Below, in pieces: positions 60,485 through 64,000 of a stretch of DNA of 64,000 nucleotides; the first letter of the stretch is position 1; each line of letters begins with the position of its first letter. The stretch spans positions 1,568,001 through 1,632,000 of the forward strand of contig NZ_JAQNDL010000001.1 of the NCBI RefSeq assembly GCF_028368995.1, given 5' to 3'. Below the pieces are notes generated by a model. It was given only the letters and a program-made list of their open reading frames with translations. It was not told where the DNA came from and ran no database searches. The DNA comes from Nannocystis bainbridge. Lineage in GTDB: Bacteria > Myxococcota_A > Polyangia > Nannocystales > Nannocystaceae. Position numbers and translations under genes: made by a program.

Positions 60485-63400
60485 ATGACCCCGGCGGTCG
60501 CCCTGCACGAGTACCTCGTCCGCCGCTACCCCGACCCGCGCGACCTGCGACAGCTCGTCGAACTCCACCTCGGCGCGGAGATCGGCAGTGCGCTGCCCGT
60601 CGAGGTGCACGCGCAGAGGTTGGCATTCGTGCTGCTGCAGCACTGCGAACATCGCGGGCAGACGCTCGAGCTGTTCGCGGCCCTGCAGCACGACGCCGGC
60701 GGCCGCGGCGAGGAGCTCGCCCGCGTCGTCGCCGACTACCTGGCCGCGCACCCCGACCCGTCGCTGCGCCGCGCGATCGATCGCTACGCCGAGCACGCCC
60801 GCCTCACGGCCCGCCGCCCGCCGCTCGAGCAGCAAGTCGGCAAGTTCCTCGACGGCGCCGACCACGACCTCGACCGGGTGTGGATCTCGCTGACCTCACG
60901 ACCCGTCCCGGCGCCGCAGCTGCAGCCGCCGACCGACGCGCAGGGGCCGATGCCGCTGCCGGTGCTCGAGGTCGCCGCGCCGGTGCTCGAGCTGTGGCCG
61001 GCACAGGCGCCGTGGCTGCTGCTGCTCGGCGACCCGGGCGCGGGCAAGAGCGTGGTGGCCCGCCGGGCGCTGATCGAGCAGCTGGAGGCCGGAGGTCGGA
61101 CGCCGGTCCGCGTCGAGCTGGGGCGCTATGCGGCCTGGACGACCCGGGCGACCGGTCCGCACAGCTTCCTGCGCTTCCTCGGCGAGACCTTCGCTACCAC
61201 GGGCGTGCCGCTGTCGGCGACGCAGCTCCGCGGGCTGGCGCTGGCCGGCGAGGTGACGTGGATCGTCGACGGCCTCGACGAGGTGGCCGACGCCGAGCTG
61301 CGATCGCACTGCGTCGAACAGCTGATCCACCTGCGCGACCGCGGACCAGTGCTCGTCACCAGCCGCCCGCGCGGCGTGACCCCGGCCCGCGAGACCCTGC
61401 GTGAGGCCGGCTTCGCCATCCACGAGCTGGTCCCGCTCGACGATCCGATGCTGGCGAAGCTCGGAAACAACTGGTTCGGCGCGGGCCTCATCGACGCGGC
61501 GGCGCTGCAGCGCGCGCTCGGGACCGCGGCGGTGCGCGAGCAGATGCGGTCGCCGCTGATCGCCACGTTCGTGCTGGTGCTGGCCCGCCGGGGCATGCCG
61601 CTGCAGCAGCGCCACGCGGTGCTGTCGCAGATCTGCGCGCTCACGGTGCGCACCTGGGCCGACCGCCGCGGGCCGCTCTCGCTCGACGCCCGCGCCCGCA
61701 TGGCGTTCCTGCGCGGGCTGGCATGGACGATGCTGACCGCGCCCGGCCAAGGGGCCGAGAACATCGTCGAGCACGCCGCGCTGCACCGCTTCGCCGCCAG
61801 CTTCTTCCGCGAGCGCGAGCCGGGCCTGAGCCGCGACGAGGCGGTCGCGCGGGCCGAGTCGCTGATCGCCGAGCTCAACGAGGAGGTCCACGCGATCTCG
61901 CCGCTCGGCGGCGCTAGCTTCGGCTTCGTGCATCGCTCGCTGCTCGAGTTCTTCGCCGCCGACGCGCTGGCAGAGTCACAGGACCCGGATGTGGTGGCAC
62001 GATTCGCCGCCGATTGGCACCACAGCACCTGGACCGAGGTCCTGCCGATGGCCTGCGGGCTGATCGCGGAGAGTCGACCGGCGCTGGCGGTGCGGGCCTT
62101 GCGAGCGGTCGTCGCCGGCGGCCCCTCGCTCGCGGCCGCGCGCTTGCTGGCGGCCAGCGAGTTCGTGGTGCGCTGCTTCGCCGAGGTCGAGCCCATCGGT
62201 CCCGATCTGGCCGCGCTGGCAGATGCGCTGAGCGAGGCGTGGATCTCGCTCGCCGCGCTGGGCGAGCTCGACATGCGCGGGCTGGCGGCCGTGCTGCGCC
62301 CGATCGGCCCGCGCTGGCCCGGTGCGCGCCGGCTGGGCGAATGGTTCGAGGCGACCGGCGGGAGCGGACGGCTGCTGGGGATCCCGGAGTTTAACGTGCA
62401 GCTGTCGCACGGCAGCTCGACCCAGGTGTCGCTCGTCCACGCGGTGATCGCCGTGACCGCCGTCGCGTCCCGCCCGCGCCTGCTCGCGCGTCTGCTCGCC
62501 AGGTCGCCGGCCGTGCTCATGCCATTCGCCGATGGCCTGGCGAGCATGGGCCCGTGGACCGACGGCGAGCTCGAACAGCTGATCCGCAGCCTGGATCGCT
62601 TCGGCTGGGCGTGGGACGCCCAGGTCGTGGCCTGGCTCGGCGACCTCGCCGGCACCGCGGCCGAGCCCGAGCTGGCGCTGAGGATGCTCGACGAGGGCCG
62701 TGATTCGCTCGAGCGCATGTTCACCGCCGCTCTGCTGATCTCGTCGTCGACGATGCGTAGCGAGGCGATCTCCGCCCTCGATGGTGAGATTTCGGCGATC
62801 GCCGCCCACCAACCGAGCGTGATCTTGCAAGAGATCAACGCTCAAATCGTCGCCACCGCGCTGCGCCTCGAACCGACCGCCGCGGTCGACCTGTGTCGGC
62901 GATTGATGGCCCTCGGGGCCCCCGAGCCGCGTGCGACTGCCTGTCTGCTCGCGGCGCATTTCGGCGACGAAGAGGCCGCCGCCGCGCTGGTGACGATGTT
63001 GCGCTCCCAGGATCGCCGCACTCACGACGCGGCCAACTGGGCGCTCACCCACGGCCGCCTGCGCGACGGCATCGATCGGGTGCTGGCCTCGCTGGGCGAC
63101 GATATCGGCTGCGTGACGCTGGCGTGGGCGGCGATGACCCTGCCGCCGGTGGCCGAGCAACACGGCCGCTGGGCCGCCGCGCGGGCGCTGTGGTGCCATT
63201 TGGCCGATGCCGGCGAATGGAGCGGTCAATTGCGCTGGATGGCCGTCGCTGCCTTGATCAGCCGGCCGACCTGGCGCGACGCCGGGATCGAGCGTCTGTT
63301 ACGATTGCAGCCGGACACCCCGCCGAACAGCCCCAACATCGACACCGCCCTGCGCCGCCTCGGCGAGTACCCCGACGGCCCCGAGCACCTGCGGCGATTG

Positions 63401-63805
63401 CTGGCCGCCGAGCCCGGGCGTGTCCGTCGGCGGTGGATCGCCCAGGCGCTGCTCGAGCGCGACCCCGACAATCTCGCCGCCCGCGACGAGCTGCGCGCGC
63501 AGGCCGATTCCAGCGGTGATCGCCAGGAGCAGCACCTCCTCGCCCATGCGATGCGTCGCCTCGGTCTGCCGCGCGCCGACTGGGAGGCGGTCGCCCGCAA
63601 GGTCGCCGGCCACGGCGACGACCCGATCTCGCGCTGCGCCGTCGCCGTCCTGCTCGCCGACGTCGAGGCCCTGCGCAGCCTCGACGCCGAGCTCGCGGCG
63701 CGGACCGACGACCCCCGGCGCCCCTCGATCGACCCCGACGTGCGCGAGCTCGCCGGCCTGCTGCTGCGCGTCGAGGACCTCCGGCTGCGGCTCGCCGGCG
63801 GCTGA
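60485..63805 (+). CDS. NACHT/STAND NTPase with N-terminal EAD-like helical domain and C-terminal HEAT-like repeats
   Basis: LLLGDPGAGKS Walker A, WIVDGLDE Walker B, LVTSRP, PL motif, FVHRSLLEFFAA winged-helix motif. Confidence 0.87.
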   Translation: MTPAVALHEYLVRRYPDPRDLRQLVELHLGAEIGSALPVEVHAQRLAFVLLQHCEHRGQTLELFAALQHDAGGRGEELARVVADYLAAHPDPSLRRAIDRYAEHARLTARRPPLEQQVGKFLDGADHDLDRVWISLTSRPVPAPQLQPPTDAQGPMPLPVLEVAAPVLELWPAQAPWLLLLGDPGAGKSVVARRALIEQLEAGGRTPVRVELGRYAAWTTRATGPHSFLRFLGETFATTGVPLSATQLRGLALAGEVTWIVDGLDEVADAELRSHCVEQLIHLRDRGPVLVTSRPRGVTPARETLREAGFAIHELVPLDDPMLAKLGNNWFGAGLIDAAALQRALGTAAVREQMRSPLIATFVLVLARRGMPLQQRHAVLSQICALTVRTWADRRGPLSLDARARMAFLRGLAWTMLTAPGQGAENIVEHAALHRFAASFFREREPGLSRDEAVARAESLIAELNEEVHAISPLGGASFGFVHRSLLEFFAADALAESQDPDVVARFAADWHHSTWTEVLPMACGLIAESRPALAVRALRAVVAGGPSLAAARLLAASEFVVRCFAEVEPIGPDLAALADALSEAWISLAALGELDMRGLAAVLRPIGPRWPGARRLGEWFEATGGSGRLLGIPEFNVQLSHGSSTQVSLVHAVIAVTAVASRPRLLARLLARSPAVLMPFADGLASMGPWTDGELEQLIRSLDRFGWAWDAQVVAWLGDLAGTAAEPELALRMLDEGRDSLERMFTAALLISSSTMRSEAISALDGEISAIAAHQPSVILQEINAQIVATALRLEPTAAVDLCRRLMALGAPEPRATACLLAAHFGDEEAAAALVTMLRSQDRRTHDAANWALTHGRLRDGIDRVLASLGDDIGCVTLAWAAMTLPPVAEQHGRWAAARALWCHLADAGEWSGQLRWMAVAALISRPTWRDAGIERLLRLQPDTPPNSPNIDTALRRLGEYPDGPEHLRRLLAAEPGRVRRRWIAQALLERDPDNLAARDELRAQADSSGDRQEQHLLAHAMRRLGLPRADWEAVARKVAGHGDDPISRCAVAVLLADVEALRSLDAELAARTDDPRRPSIDPDVRELAGLLLRVEDLRLRLAGG

Positions 63806-63827
63806 CCGCCGGTCTATCCTCGCCGCG

Positions 63828-64000
63828 ATGTCGCCCTTCTCCGCCGAGTTCCTCGGGACCGCGCTCCTCATCGTGCTCGGCGACGGCGTGGTCGCCAACG
63901 TCGCCCTGGCGCGCACGCACGGGCACGGCGGCGGCCTCATGGCCATCACCGCCGGCTGGGCCGCCGCGGTGTTCGTCGCCGTCTACGCGGTCGCCTCGAC
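63828..64000 (+). CDS. MIP-family channel (glycerol facilitator-like), 5' part only
   Basis: MSPFSAEFLGTALLIVLGDGVVANVAL..G...ITAGW..AVFVAVY, typical GlpF N-terminus; runs off the window. Confidence 0.85.
   Translation, partial: MSPFSAEFLGTALLIVLGDGVVANVALARTHGHGGGLMAITAGWAAAVFVAVYAVAS

Overview
High-GC window that looks like a myxobacterial chromosome, probably Nannocystis-like. That is an inference from the many lipoproteins with Thr/Ser-rich linkers, a MYXO-CTERM-type tail, Ser/Thr kinase-TPR proteins and a PAS-STAS protein. It holds about 48 credible CDSs: housekeeping genes (coaA, tatD, deaD, a UvrD-like helicase, a partial GlpF-like channel), metabolic enzymes, signalling proteins and many uncharacterised secreted proteins. 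I found no rRNA, tRNA, CRISPR array or transposase. The strongest unexplained signal is non-coding. At least 15 intergenic loci, plus a few intragenic ones, carry a palindromic decamer RRRCATGYYY (ideal GGACATGTCC). Except for one single-copy locus, it occurs in tandem at a strict 14-bp period, 2-6 copies per run, and most loci lie right after stop codons. One locus is amplified into a 69-bp higher-order repeat. Other points of interest: a stand-alone RNA-polymerase alpha-CTD homolog with a degenerate DNA-binding loop; an EAD-like/NACHT (NLR-like) protein; a heme-c/copper monooxygenase next to a diheme peroxidase; a long two-domain deaminase; a kinase-TPR/FHA-wHTH module; and a MITE-like hairpin. 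All calls come from reading the sequence only, and no database searches were run.
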